64,000 nucleotides of DNA from Eledone cirrhosa (taxonomy: Eukaryota). Location of the stretch: assembly GCA_964016885.1 (NCBI GenBank), contig OZ024750.1:37944001-38008000 (forward strand), read 5' to 3'. The notes under the pieces were generated by a model that was given only the letters and a program-made list of their open reading frames with translations, had not been told where the DNA came from and did not search any database. The translations under genes were made by a program, and so were the position numbers. Below, piece by piece: positions 14,101 to 28,620 of the stretch. The first letter of the stretch is position 1; every line of letters begins with the position of its first letter.

Positions 14101-17100
14101 TATACACTGTATGTGATGTACCATGAAACTATGACTAACCTGTACACTGTATGTTATGTACCATGAAGCTATGGCTAACCTGTACACTGTATGTGATGTA
14201 ACATGAAGCTATAGCTAACCTGTACACTGTATGTGATGTACCATGAAGCTATGACTAACCTGTACACTGTATGTGATGTACCATGAAGCTATGGCTAACC
14301 TTTACACTGTATGTGATGTACCATGAAGCTATGGCTAACCTGTACACTGTATGTGATGTACCATGAACCTATGGCTAACCTGTACACTGTATGTGATGTA
14401 ACATGAAGTTATGACTAACATGTACACTCTATGTGATGTACCATGAAGCTATGACTAACCTGTACACTGTATGTGATGTACCATGAATCTATGACTAACC
14501 TGTACACTGTATGTGATGTACCATGAAGCTATGACTAACCTGTACACCGTATGTGATGTACCATGAAGCTATGACTAACCTATACACTGTATGTGATGTA
14601 CCATGAAGCTATGACTAACCTGTACACTGTATGTGATGTACTATGAAGCTATAGCTAACCTATACACTGTATGTGATGTACCATGAAGCTATGACTAACC
14701 TGTACACTGTATGTGATGTACCATGAAGCTATGACTAACCTGTACACTGTATGTGATGTACCATGAATCTATGGCTAACCTGTACACTGTATGTGATGTA
14801 CCATGAAGCTATGACTAACCTGTACACTGTATGTGATGTACCATGAAGCTATGACTAACCTGTACACTGTATGTGATGTTCCATGAAGCTATGACTAACC
14901 TGTACACTGTATGTGATGTACCATGAAGCTATGGCTAACCTGTACACTGTATGTGATGTACCATGAAGCTATGACTAACCTGTACACTGTATATGATGTA
15001 CCATGAAGCTATGACTAACATGTACACTGTATGTGATGTACCATGAAGCTATGACTAACCTGTACACTGTATGTGATGTACCATGAAGCTATGGCTAACC
15101 TGTACACTGTATGTGATGTACCATGAAGCTATGGCTAACCTGTACACTGTATATGATGTACCATGAAGCTATGACTAACCTTTACACTGTATGTGATGTA
15201 CCATGAAGCTATGGCTAACATGTACACTGTATGTGATGTACCATGAAGCTATGACTAACCTGTACACTGTATGTGATGTACCATGAAGCTATGGCTAACC
15301 TGTACACTGTATGTGATGTACCATGAAGCTATGACTAACCTGTACACTGTATGTGATGTTCCATGAAGCTATGACTAACCTGTATACTGTATGTGATGTA
15401 CCATGAAGCTATGGCTAACCTGTACACTGTATGTGATGTACCATGAAGCTATGACTAACCTGTACACTGTATATGATGTACCATGAAGCTATGACTAACA
15501 TGTACACTGTATGCGATGTACCATGAAGCTATGACTAACCTGTACACTGTATGTGATGTACCATGAAGCTATGACTAACCTGTACACTGTATGTGATGTA
15601 CCATGAAGTTATGACTAACCTGTACACTGTATGTGATGTACCATGAAGCTATGACTAAACTATACACTGTATGTGATGTACCATGTAGCTATGACTAACC
15701 TTTACACTGTATGTGATGTACCATGAAGCTATGGCTAACCTGTACACTGTATGTGATGTACCATGAACCTATGGCTAACCTGTACACTGTATGTGATGTA
15801 CCATGAAGTTATGACTAACATGTACACTGTATGTGATGTACCATGAAGCTATAGCTAACCTATACACTGTATGTGATGTACCATGAAGCTATGACTAACC
15901 TGTACACTGTATGTGATGTACCATGAAGCTATGACTAACCTATACACTGTATGTGATGTACCATGAAGCTATGACTAACCTGTACAATGAATGTGATGTA
16001 CCATGAAGCTATGACTAACATGTACACTGTATGTGATGTACCATGAAGCTATGACTAACCTGTACACTGTATGTGATGTACCATGAAGCTATGCTAACCT
16101 GTACACTGTATGTGATGTACCATGAAGCTATGGCTAACCTGTACACTGTATGTGATGTACCATGAAGCTATGACTAACCTGTACACTGTATGTGATGTAC
16201 CATGAAGCTATGGCTAACCTGTACACTGTATGTGATGTACCATGAAGCTATGGCTAACCTGTACACTGTATATGATGTAACATGAAGCTATGACTAACCT
16301 TTACACTGTATGTGATGTACCATGAAGCTATGGCTAACATGTACACTGTATGTGATGTACCATGAAGCTATGACTAACCTGTACACTGTATGTGATGTAC
16401 CATGAAGCTATGGCTAACCTGTACACTGTATGTGATGTACCATGAAGCTATGACTAACCTGTACACTGTATGTGATGTTCCATGAAGCTATGACTAACCT
16501 GTATACTGTATGTGATGTACCATGAAGCTATGGCTAACCTGTACACTGTATGTGATGTACCATGAAGCTATGACTAACCTGTACACTGTATATGATGTAC
16601 CATGAAGCTATGACTAACATGTACACTGTATGCGATGTACCATGAAGCTCTGACTAACCTGTACACTGTATGTGATGTACCATGAAGCTATGACTAACCT
16701 GTACACTGTATGTGATGTACCATGAAGTTATGACTAACCTGTACACTGTATGTGATGTACCATGAAGCTATGACTAAACTATACACTGTATGTGATGTAC
16801 CATGTAGCTATGACTAACCTTTACACTGTATGTGATGTACCATGAAGCTATGGCTAACCTGTACACTGTATGTGATGTACCATGAACCTATGGCTAACCT
16901 GTACACTGTATGTGATGTACCATGAAGTTATGACTAACATGTACACTGTATGTGATGTACCATGAAGCTATAGCTAACCTATACACTGTATGTGATGTAC
17001 CATGAAGCTATGACTAACCTGTACACTGTATGTGATGTACCATGAAGCTATGACTAACCTGTACAATGAATGTGATGTACCATGAAGCTATGACTAACAT

Positions 17101-18270
17101 GTACACTGTATGTGATGTACCATGAAGCTATGACTAACCTGTACACTGTATGTGATCTACCATGAAGCTATGCTAACCTGTACACTGTATGTGATGTACC
17201 ATGAAGCTATGGCTAACCTGTACAATGTATGTGATGTACCATGAAGCTATGACTAACCTATACACTGTATGTGATGTACCATGAAGCTATGACTAACCTG
17301 TACACTGTATGTGATGTACCATGAAGCTATGGCTAACCTGTACACTGTATGTGATGTACCATGAAGCTATGACTAACCTGTACACTGTATGTGATGTACC
17401 ATGAAGCTATGGCTAACCTGTACACTGTATGTGATGTACCATGAAGCTATGACTAATCTGTACACTGTATGTGATGTACCATGAAACTATAGCTAACCCG
17501 TACACTGTATGTGATGTACCATGAAGCTATGGCTAACCTGTACACTGTATGTGATGTACCATGAAGCTATTACTAACCTGTACACTGTATGTGATGTAAC
17601 ATGAAGCTATAGCTAACCTGTACACTGTATGTGATGTACCATGAAGCTATGACTAACCTGTACACTGTATGTGATGTACCATGAAGCTATAGCTAACCTA
17701 TACACTGTATGTGATGTACCATGAAACTATGACTAACCTGTACACTGTATGTTATGTACCATGAAGCTATGGCTAACCTGTACACTGTATGTGATGTAAC
17801 ATGAAGCTATAGCTAACCTGTACACTGTATGTGATGTACCATGAAGCTATGACTAACCTGTACACTGTATGTGATGTACCATGAAGCTATGACTAACCTG
17901 TACACTGTATGTGATGTACCATGAAGCTATGGCTAACCTTTACACTGTATGTGATGTACCATGAAGCTATGGCTAACCTGTACACTGTATGTGATGTACC
18001 ATGAACCTATGGCTAACCTGTACACTGTATGTGATGTACCATGAAGTTATGACTAACATGTACACTCTATGTGATGTACCATGAAGCTATGACTAACCTG
18101 TACACTGTATGTGATGTACCATGAATCTATGACTAACCTGTACACTGTATGTGATGTACCATGAAGCTATGACTAACCTGTACACCGTATGTGATGTACC
18201 ATGAAGCTATGACTAACCTATACACTGTATGTGATGTACCATGAAGCTATGACTAACCTGTACACTGTAT
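6190..18270. repeat. Tandem duplication, period 5,957 bp (149 monomers), two copies
   Basis: ACCTAACCCG 6537/12494; 39-bp monomers 7697/13654 and 10136/16093; CTCTGAC 10691/16648; C of GATCTACC 11200/17157. The offset becomes 6,037 after ~17,200 (TACTAAC 11534/17571) because copy 2 has two extra monomers. Confidence 0.93.
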
Positions 18271-21200
18271 GTGATGTACTATGAAGCTATAGCTAACCTA
18301 TACACTGTATGTGATGTACCATGAAGCTATGACTAACATGTACACTGTATGTGATGTACCATGAAGCTATGACTAACCTGTACACTGTATGTGATGTACC
18401 ATGAATCTATGGCTAACCTGTACACTGTATGTGATGTACCATGAAGCTATGACTAACCTGTACACTGTATGTGATGTACCATGAAGCTATGACTAACCTG
18501 TACACTGTATGTGATGTTCCATGAAGCTATGACTAACCTGTACACTGTATGTGATGTACCATGAAGCTATGGCTAACCTGTACACTGTATGTGATGTACC
18601 ATGAAGCTATGACTAACCTGTACACTGTATATGATGTACCATGAAGCTATGACTAACATGTACACTGTATGCGATGTACCATGAATCTATGACTAACCTT
18701 TACACTGTATGTGATGTACCATGAAGCTATGACTAACCTGTACACTGTATGTGATGTACCATGAAGCTATGACTAACCTGTACACTGTATGTGATGTACC
18801 ATGAAGCTATGACTAACCTATACACTGTATGTGATGTACCATGTGGCTATGACTAACCTGTACACTGTATGTGATGTACCATGAAGCTATGGCTAACCTG
18901 TACACTGTATGTGATGTACCATGAACCTATGGCTAACCTGTACACTGTAGGTGATGTACCATGAAGTTATGACTAACATGTACACTGTATGTGATGTACC
19001 ATGAAGCTATGACTAACCTGTACACTGTATGTGATGTACCATGAATCTATGGCTAACCTGTACACTGTATGTGATGTACCATGAAGCTATGACTAACCTA
19101 TACACTGTATGTGATGTACCATGATGCTATGACTAACCTGTACACTGTATGTGATGTACCATGAAGCTATGGCTAACCTGTACACTGTATGTGATGTACC
19201 ATGAAGCTATAGGTAACCTGTACACTGTATGTGATGTACCATGAATCTATGACTAACCTGTACACTGTATGTGATTTACCATGAAGCTATGACTAACCTG
19301 TAGACTGTATGTGATGTACCATGAAGCTATGACTAACCTGTACACTGTATGTGATGTACCATGAAGCTATGACTAACCTATAAACTGTATGTGATGTACC
19401 ATGAAGCTATGACTAACCTTTACACTGTATGTGATGTACCATGAATTCTAAGACTAATCTGTACACTGTATGTGATGTACTATGAAGCTATGACTAACCT
19501 ATACACTGTATGTGATGTACCATGAAGCTATAGCTAACCTGTACACTGTATGTGATGTACCATGAAGCTATGACTAACCTGTACACTGTATATGATGTAC
19601 CATGAAGCTATAGCTAACCTATACACTGTATGTGATGTACCATGAAACTATGACTAACCTGTACTCTGTATGTGATGTACCATGAAGCTAAGGCTAACCT
19701 GTACACTGTATGTGATGTAACATGAAGCTATAGCTAACCTGTACACTGTATGTGATGTACCATGAAGCTATGACTAACCTGTACACTGTATGTGATGTAC
19801 CATGAAGGTATGGCTAACCTGTACACTGTATGTGATGTACCATGAAGCTATGGCTAACCTGTACACTGTATGTGATGTACCATGAAGCTATGTCTAACCT
19901 GTACACTGTATATGATGTACCATGAAGCTATGACTAACCTTTACACTGTATATGATGTACCATGCAGCTATGACTAACATGTACACTGTATGCGATGTAC
20001 CATGAAGCTATGACTAACCTGTACACTGTATGTGATGTACCATGAAGCTATGACTAACCTGTACACTGTATGTGATGTACCATGAAGCTATGACTAACCT
20101 GTACACTGTATGTGATGTACCATGAATCTATGGCTAACCTGTACACTGTATGTGATGTACCATGAAGCTATGACTAACATGTACACCGTATGTGATGTAC
20201 CATGAAGCTATGACTAACCTATACACTGTATGTGATGTTCCATGAAGCTATGACTAACCTGTACACTGTATGTGATGTACCATGAAGCTATGACTAACCT
20301 ATACACTGTATGTGATGTACCATGCAGCTATGACTAACCTGTACACTGTATGTCATGTACCATGAAGCTATAGCTAACCTGTACACTGTATGTGATGTAC
20401 GATGAAGCTATGACTAACCTGTACACTGTATGTGATGTACCATGAAGCTATGACTAACCTGTACACTGTATGTGATGTACTATGAAGCTATAGCTAACCT
20501 ATACACTGTATGTGATGTACCATGAAACTATGACTAACCTGTACACTGTATGTGATGTACCATGAAGCTAAGGCTAACCTGTACACTGTATGTGATGTAA
20601 CATGAAGCTATAGCTAACCTGTACACTGTATGTGATGTACCATGAAGCTATGACTTACTGTACACTGTATGTGATGTACCATGAAGCTATGACTAACCTG
20701 TACACTGTATGTGATGTACCATGAAGCTATGGCTAACCTGTACACCGTATGTGATGTACCATGAAGCTATGACTAACCTATACACTGTATGTGATGTACC
20801 ATGAAGCTATGACTAACCTGTACACTGTATGTGATGTACCATGAAGCTATGACTAACCTGTACACTGTATGTGATGTTCCATGAAGCTATGACTAACCTG
20901 TATACTGTATGTGATGTACCATGAAGCTATGGCTAACCTGTACACTGTATGTGATGTACCATGAAGCTATGACTAACCTGTACACTGTATATGATGTACC
21001 ATGAAGCTATGACTAACATGTACACTGTATGCGATGTACCATGAAGCTATGACTAACCTGTACACTGTATGTGATGTACCATGAAGCTATGACTAACCTG
21101 TACACTGTATGTGATGTACCATGAAGTTATGACTAACCTGTACACTGTATGTGATGTACCATGAAGCTATGACTAAACTATACACTGTATGTGATGTACC

Positions 21201-24200
21201 ATGTAGCTATGACTAACCTTTACACTGTATGTGATGTACCATGAAGCTATGGCTAACCTGTACACTGTATGTTATGTACCATGAACCTATGGCTAACCTG
21301 TACACTGTATGTGATGTACCATGAAGTTATGACTAACATGTACACTGTATGTGATGTACCATGAAGCTATAGCTAACCTATACACTGTATGTGATGTACC
21401 ATGAAGCTATGACTAACCTGTACACTGTATGTGATGTACCATGAAGCTATGACTAACCTATACACTGTATGTGATGTACCATGAAGCTATGACTAACCTG
21501 TACAATGAATGTGATGTACCATGAAGCTATGACTAACATGTACACTGTATGTGATGTAACATGAAGCTATGACTAACCTGTACACTGTATGTGATGTACC
21601 ATGAAGCTATGCTAACCTGTACACTGTATGTGATGTACCATGAAGCTATGGCTAACCTGTACAATGTATGTGATGTACCATGAAGCTATGACTAATCTAT
21701 ACACTGTATGTGATGTACCATGAAGCTATGACTAACCTGTACACTGTATGTGATGTACCATGAACCTATGGCTAACCTGTACACTGTATGTGATGTACCA
21801 TGAAGCTATGACTAATCTGTACACTGTATGTGATGTACCATGAAGCTATAGCTAACCCGTACACTGTATGTGATGTACCATGAAGCTATGACTAACCTGT
21901 ACACTGTATGTGATGTACCATGAAGCTATGACTAACCTGTACACTGTATGTGATGTAACATGAAGCTATAGCTAACCTGTACACTGTATGTGATGTACCA
22001 TGAAGCTATGACTAACCTGTACACTGTATGTGATGTACCATGAAGCTATAGCTAACCTATACACTGTATGTGATGTATCATGAAACTATGACTAACCTGT
22101 ACACTGTATGTTATGTACCATGAAGCTATGGCTAACCTGTACACTGTATGTGATGTAACATGAAGCTATAGCTAACCTGTACACTGTATGTGATGTACCA
22201 TGAAGCTATGACTAACCTGTACACTGTATGTGATGTACCATGAAGCTATGGCTAACCTTTACACTGTATGTGATGTACCATGAAGCTATGGCTAACCTGT
22301 ACACTGTATGTGATGTACCATGAACCTATGGCTAACCTGTACACTGTATGTGATGTACCATGAAGCTATGACTAACCTGTACACTGTATGTGATGTACCA
22401 TGAATCTATGACTAACCTGTACACTGTATGTGATGTACCATGAAGCTATGACTAACCTGTACACCGTATGTGATGTACCATGAAGCTATGACTAACCTAT
22501 ACACTGTATGTGATGTACCATGAAGCTATGACTAACCTGTACACTGTATGTGATGTACTATGAAGCTATAGCTAACCTATACACTGTATGTGATGTACCA
22601 TGAAGCTATGACTAACCTGTACACTGTATGTGATGTACCATGAAGCTATGACTAACCTGTACACTGTATGTGATGTACCATGAATCTATGGCTAACCTGT
22701 ACACTGTATGTGATGTACCATGAAGCTATGACTAACCTGTACACTGTATGTGATGTACCATGAAGCTATGACTAACCTGTACACTGTATGTGATGTTCCA
22801 TGAAGCTATGACTAACCTGTACACTGTATGTGATGTACCATGAAGCTATGGCTAACCTGTACACTGTATGTGATGTACCATGAAGCTATGACTAACCTGT
22901 ACACTGTATATGATGTACCATGTAGCTATGACTAACATGTACACTGTATGTGATGTACCATGAAGCTATGACTAACCTGTACACTGTATGTGATGTACCA
23001 TGAAGCTATGGCTAACCTGTACACTGTATGTGATGTACCATGAAGCTATGGCTAACCTGTACACTGTATATGATGTACCATGAAGCTATGACTAAACTTT
23101 ACACTGTATGTGATGTACCATGAAGCTATGGCTAACATGTACACTGTATGTGATGTACCATGAAGCTATGACTAACCTGTACACTGTATGTGATGTACCA
23201 TGAAGCTATGGCTAACCTGTACACTGTATGTGATGTACCATGAAGCTATGACTAACCTGTACACTGTATGTGATGTTCCATGAAGCTATGACTAACCTGT
23301 ATACTGTATGTGATGTACCATGAAGCTATGGCTAACCTGTACACTGTATGTGATGTACCATGAAGCTATGACTAACCTGTACACTGTATATGATGTACCA
23401 TGAAGCTATGACTAACATGTACACTGTATGCGATGTACCATGAAGCTATGACTAACCTGTACACTGTATGTGATGTACCATGAAGCTATGACTAACCTGT
23501 ACACTGTATGTGATGTACCATGAAGTTATGACTAACCTGTACACTGTATGTGATGTACCATGAAGCTATGACTAAACTATACACTGTATGTGATGTACCA
23601 TGTAGCTATGACTAACCTTTACACTGTATGTGATGTACCATGAAGCTATGGCTAACCTGTACACTGTATGTGATGTACCATGAAGCTATAGCTAACCTAT
23701 ACACTGTATGTGATGTACCATGAAGCTATGACTAACCTGTACACTGTATGTGATGTACCATGAAGCTATGACTAACCTATACACTGTATGTGATGTACCA
23801 TGAAGCTATGACTAACCTGTACAATGAATGTGATGTACCATGAAGCTATGACTAACATGTACACTGTATGTGATGTACCATGAAGCTATGACTAACCTGT
23901 ACACTGTATGTGATGTACCATGAAGCTATGCTAACCTGTACACTGTATGTGATGTACCATGAAGCTATGGCTAACCTGTACACTGTATATGATGTACCAT
24001 GAAGCTATGACTAACCTTTACACTGTATGTGATGTACCATGAAGCTATGGCTAACATGTACACTGTATGTGATGTACCATGAAGCTATGACTAACCTGTA
24101 CACTGTATGTGATGTACCATGAAGCTATGGCTAACCTGTACACTGTATGTGATGTACCATGAAGCTATGACTAACCTGTACACTGTATGTGATGTTCCAT

Positions 24201-27200
24201 GAAGCTATGACTAACCTGTATACTGTATGTGATGTACCATGAAGCTATGGCTAACCTGTACACTGTATGTGATGTACCATGAAGCTATGACTAACCTGTA
24301 CACTGTATATGATGTACCATGAAGCTATGACTAACATGTACACTGTATGCGATGTACCATGAAGCTATGACTAACCTGTACACTGTATGTGATGTACCAT
24401 GAAGCTATGACTAACCTGTACACTGTATGTGATGTACCATGAAGTTATGACTAACCTGTACACTGTATGTGATGTACCATGAAGCTATGACTAAACTATA
24501 CACTGTATGTGATGTACCATGTAGCTATGACTAACCTTTACACTGTATGTGATGTACCATGAAGCTATGGCTAACCTGTACACTGTATGTGATGTACCAT
24601 GAACCTATGGCTAACCTGTACACTGTATTTGATGTACCATGAAGTTATGACTAACATGTACACTGTATGTGATGTACCATGAAGCTATAGCTAACCTATA
24701 CACTGTATGTGATGTACCATGAAGCTATGACTAACCTGTACACTGTATGTGATGTACCATGAAGCTATGACTAACCTATACACTGTATGTGATGTACCAT
24801 GAAGCTATGACTAACCTGTACAATGAATGTGATGTACCATGAAGCTATGACTAACATGTACACTGTATGTGATGTACCATGAAGCTATGACTAACCTGTA
24901 CACTGTATGTGATCTACCATGAAGCTATGCTAACCTGTACACTGTATGTGATGTACCATGAAGCTATGGCTAACCTGTACAATGTATGTGATGTACCATG
25001 AAGCTATGACTAACCTATACACTGTATGTGATGTACCATGAAGCTATGACTAACCTGTACACTGTATGTGATGTACCATGAAGCTATGGCTAACCTGTAC
25101 ACTGTATGTGATGTACCATGAAGCTATGACTAACCTGTACACTGTATGTGATGTACCATGAAGCTATGGCTAACCTGTACACTGTATGTGATGTACCATG
25201 AAGCTATGACTAATCTGTACACTGTATGTGATGTACCATGAAACTATAGCTAACCCGTACACTGTATGTGATGTACCATGAAGCTATGACTAACCTGTAC
25301 ACTGTATGTGATGTACCATGAAGCTATTACTAACCTGTACACTGTATGTGATGTAACATGAAGCTATAGCTAACCTGTACACTGTATGTGATGTACCATG
25401 AAGCTATGACTAACCTGTACACTGTATGTGATGTACCATGAAGCTATAGCTAACCTATACACTGTATGTGATGTACCATGAAACTATGACTAACCTGTAC
25501 ACTGTATGTTATGTACCATGAAGCTATGGCTAACCTGTACACTCTATGTGATGTAACATGAAGCTATAGCTAACCTGTACACTGTATGTGATGTACCATG
25601 AAGCTATGACTAACCTGTACACTGTATGTGATGTACCATGAAGATATGACTAACCTGTACACTGTATGTGATGTACCATGAAGCTATGGCTAACCTTTAC
25701 ACTGTATGTGATGTACCATGAAGCTATGGCTAACCTGTACACTGTATGTGATGTACCATGAACCTATGGCTAACCTGTACACTGTATGTGATGTACCATG
25801 AAGTTATGACTAACATGTACACTCTATGTGATGTACCATGAAGCTATGACTAACCTGTACACTGTATGTGATGTACCATGAATCTATGACTAACCTGTAC
25901 ACTGTATGTGATGTACCATGAAGCTATGACTAACCTGTACACCGTATGTGATGTACCATGAAGCTATGACTAACCTATACACTGTATGTGATGTACCATG
26001 AAGCTATGACTAACCTGTACACTGTATGTGATGTACTATGAAGCTATAGCTAACCTATACACTGTATGTGATGTACCATGAAGCTATGACTAACATGTAC
26101 ACTGTATGTGATGTACCATGAAGCTATGACTAACCTGTACACTGTATGTGATGTACCATGAATCTATGGCTAACCTGTACACTGTATGTGATGTACCATG
26201 AAGCTATGACTAACCTGTACACTGTATGTGATGTACCATGAAGCTATGACTAACCTGTACACTGTATGTGATGTTCCATGAAGCTATGACTAACCTGTAC
26301 ACTGTATGTGATGTACCATGAAGCTATGGCTAACCTGTACACTGTATGTGATGTACCATGAAGCTATGACTAACCTGTACACTGTATATGATGTACCATG
26401 AAGCTATGACTAACATGTACACTGTATGCGATGTACCATGAATCTATGACTAACCTTTACACTGTATGTGATGTACCATGAAGCTATGACTAACCTGTAC
26501 ACTGTATGTGATGTACCATGAAGCTATGACTAACCTGTACACTGTATGTGATGTACCATGAAGCTATGACTAACCTATACACTGTATGTGATGTACCATG
26601 TGGCTATGACTAACCTGTACACTGTATGTGATGTACCATGAAGCTATGGCTAACCTGTACACTGTATGTGATGTACCATGAAACTATGGCTAACCTGTAC
26701 ACTGTAGGTGATGTACCATGAAGTTATGACTAACATGTACACTGTATGTGATGTACCATGAAGCTATGACTAACCTGTACACTGTATGTGATGTACCATG
26801 AATCTATGGCTAACCTGTACACTGTATGTGATGTACCATGAAGCTATGACTAACCTATACACTGTATGTGATGTACCATGATGCTATGACTAACCTGTAC
26901 ACTGTATGTGATGTACCATGAAGCTATGGCTAACCTGTACACTGTATGTGATGTACCATGAAGCTATAGGTAACCTGTACACTGTATGTGATGTACCATG
27001 AATCTATGACTAACCTGTACACTGTATGTGATTTACCATGAAGCTATGACTAACCTGTACACTGTATGTGATGTACCATGAAGCTATGACTAACCTGTAC
27101 ACTGTATGTGATGTACCATGAAGCTATGACTAACCTATACACTGTATGTGATGTACCATGAAGCTATGACTAACCTTTACACTGTATGTGATGTACCATG

Positions 27201-28620
27201 AATTCTATGACGAATCTGTACACTGTATGTGATGTACTATGAAGCTATGACTAACCTATACACTGTATGTGATGTACCATGAAGCTATGACTAACCTGTA
27301 CACTGTATGTGATGTAACATGAAGCTATAGCTAACCTGTACACTGTATGTGATGTACCATGAAGCTATGACTAACCTGTACACTGTATATGATGTACCAT
27401 GAAGCTATATCTAACCTATACACTGTATGTGATGTACCATGAAACTATGACTAACCTGTACTCTGTATGTGATGTACCATGAAGCTAAGGCTAACCTGTA
27501 CACTGTATGTGATGTAACATGAAGCTATAGCTAACCTGTACACTGTATGTGATGTACCATGAAGCTATGACTAACCTGTACACTGTATGTGATGTACCAT
27601 GAAGGTATGGCTAACCTGTACACTGTATGTGATGTACCATGAAGCTATGGCTAACCTGTACACTGTATGTGATGTACCATGAAGCTATGTCTAACCTGTA
27701 CACTGTATATGATGTACCATGAAGCTATGACTAACCTTTACACTGTATATGATGTACCATGCAGCTATGACTAACATGTACACTGTATGCGATGTACCAT
27801 GAAGCTATGACTAACCTGTACACTGTATGTGATGTACCATGAAGCTATGACTAACCTGTACACTGTATGTGATGTACCATGAAGCTATGACTAACCTGTA
27901 CACTGTATGTGATGTACCATGAATCTATGGCTAACCTGTACACTGTATGTGATGTACCATGAAGCTATGACTAACCTGTACACCGTATGTGATGTACCAT
28001 GAAGCTATGACTAACCTATACACTGTATGTGATGTTCCATGAAGCTATGACTAACCTGTACACTGTATGTGATGTACCATGAAGCTATGACTAACCTATA
28101 CACTGTATGTGATGTACCATGCAGCTATGACTAACCTGTACACTGTATGTCATGTACCATGAAGCTATAGCTAACCTGTACACTGTATGTGATGTACGAT
28201 GAAGCTATGACTAACCTGTACACTGTATGTGATGTACCATGAAGCTATGACTAACCTGTACACTGTATGTGATGTACTATGAAGCTATAGCTAACCTATA
28301 CACTGTATGTGATGTACCATGAAACTATGACTAACCTGTACACTGTATGTGATGTACCATGAAGCTAAGGCTAACCTGTACACTGTATGTGATGTAACAT
28401 GAAGCTATAGCTAACCTGTACACTGTATGTGATGTACCATGAAGCTATGACTAACCTGTACACTGTATGTGATGTACCATGAAGCTATGACTAACCTGTA
28501 CACTGTATGTGATGTACCATGAAGCTATGGCTAACCTGTACACCGTATGTGATGTACCATGAAGCTATGACTAACCTATACACTGTATGTGATGTACCAT
28601 GAAGCTATGACTAACCTGTA
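12830..28620. repeat. Tandem duplication, period 7,757-7,957 bp (194-199 monomers), two copies with junction near 20,820
   Basis: GTTATG 13314/21271 and 39-bp monomer 13654/21611 (offset 7,957). GATCTACC 17157/24914, ATGTGGCT 18841/26598, TGTAGG 18946/26703 and GAATTC 19443/27200 (offset 7,757). GAAGGT 19804/27601 and TGTCATG 20351/28148 (offset 7,797). Confidence 0.92.
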
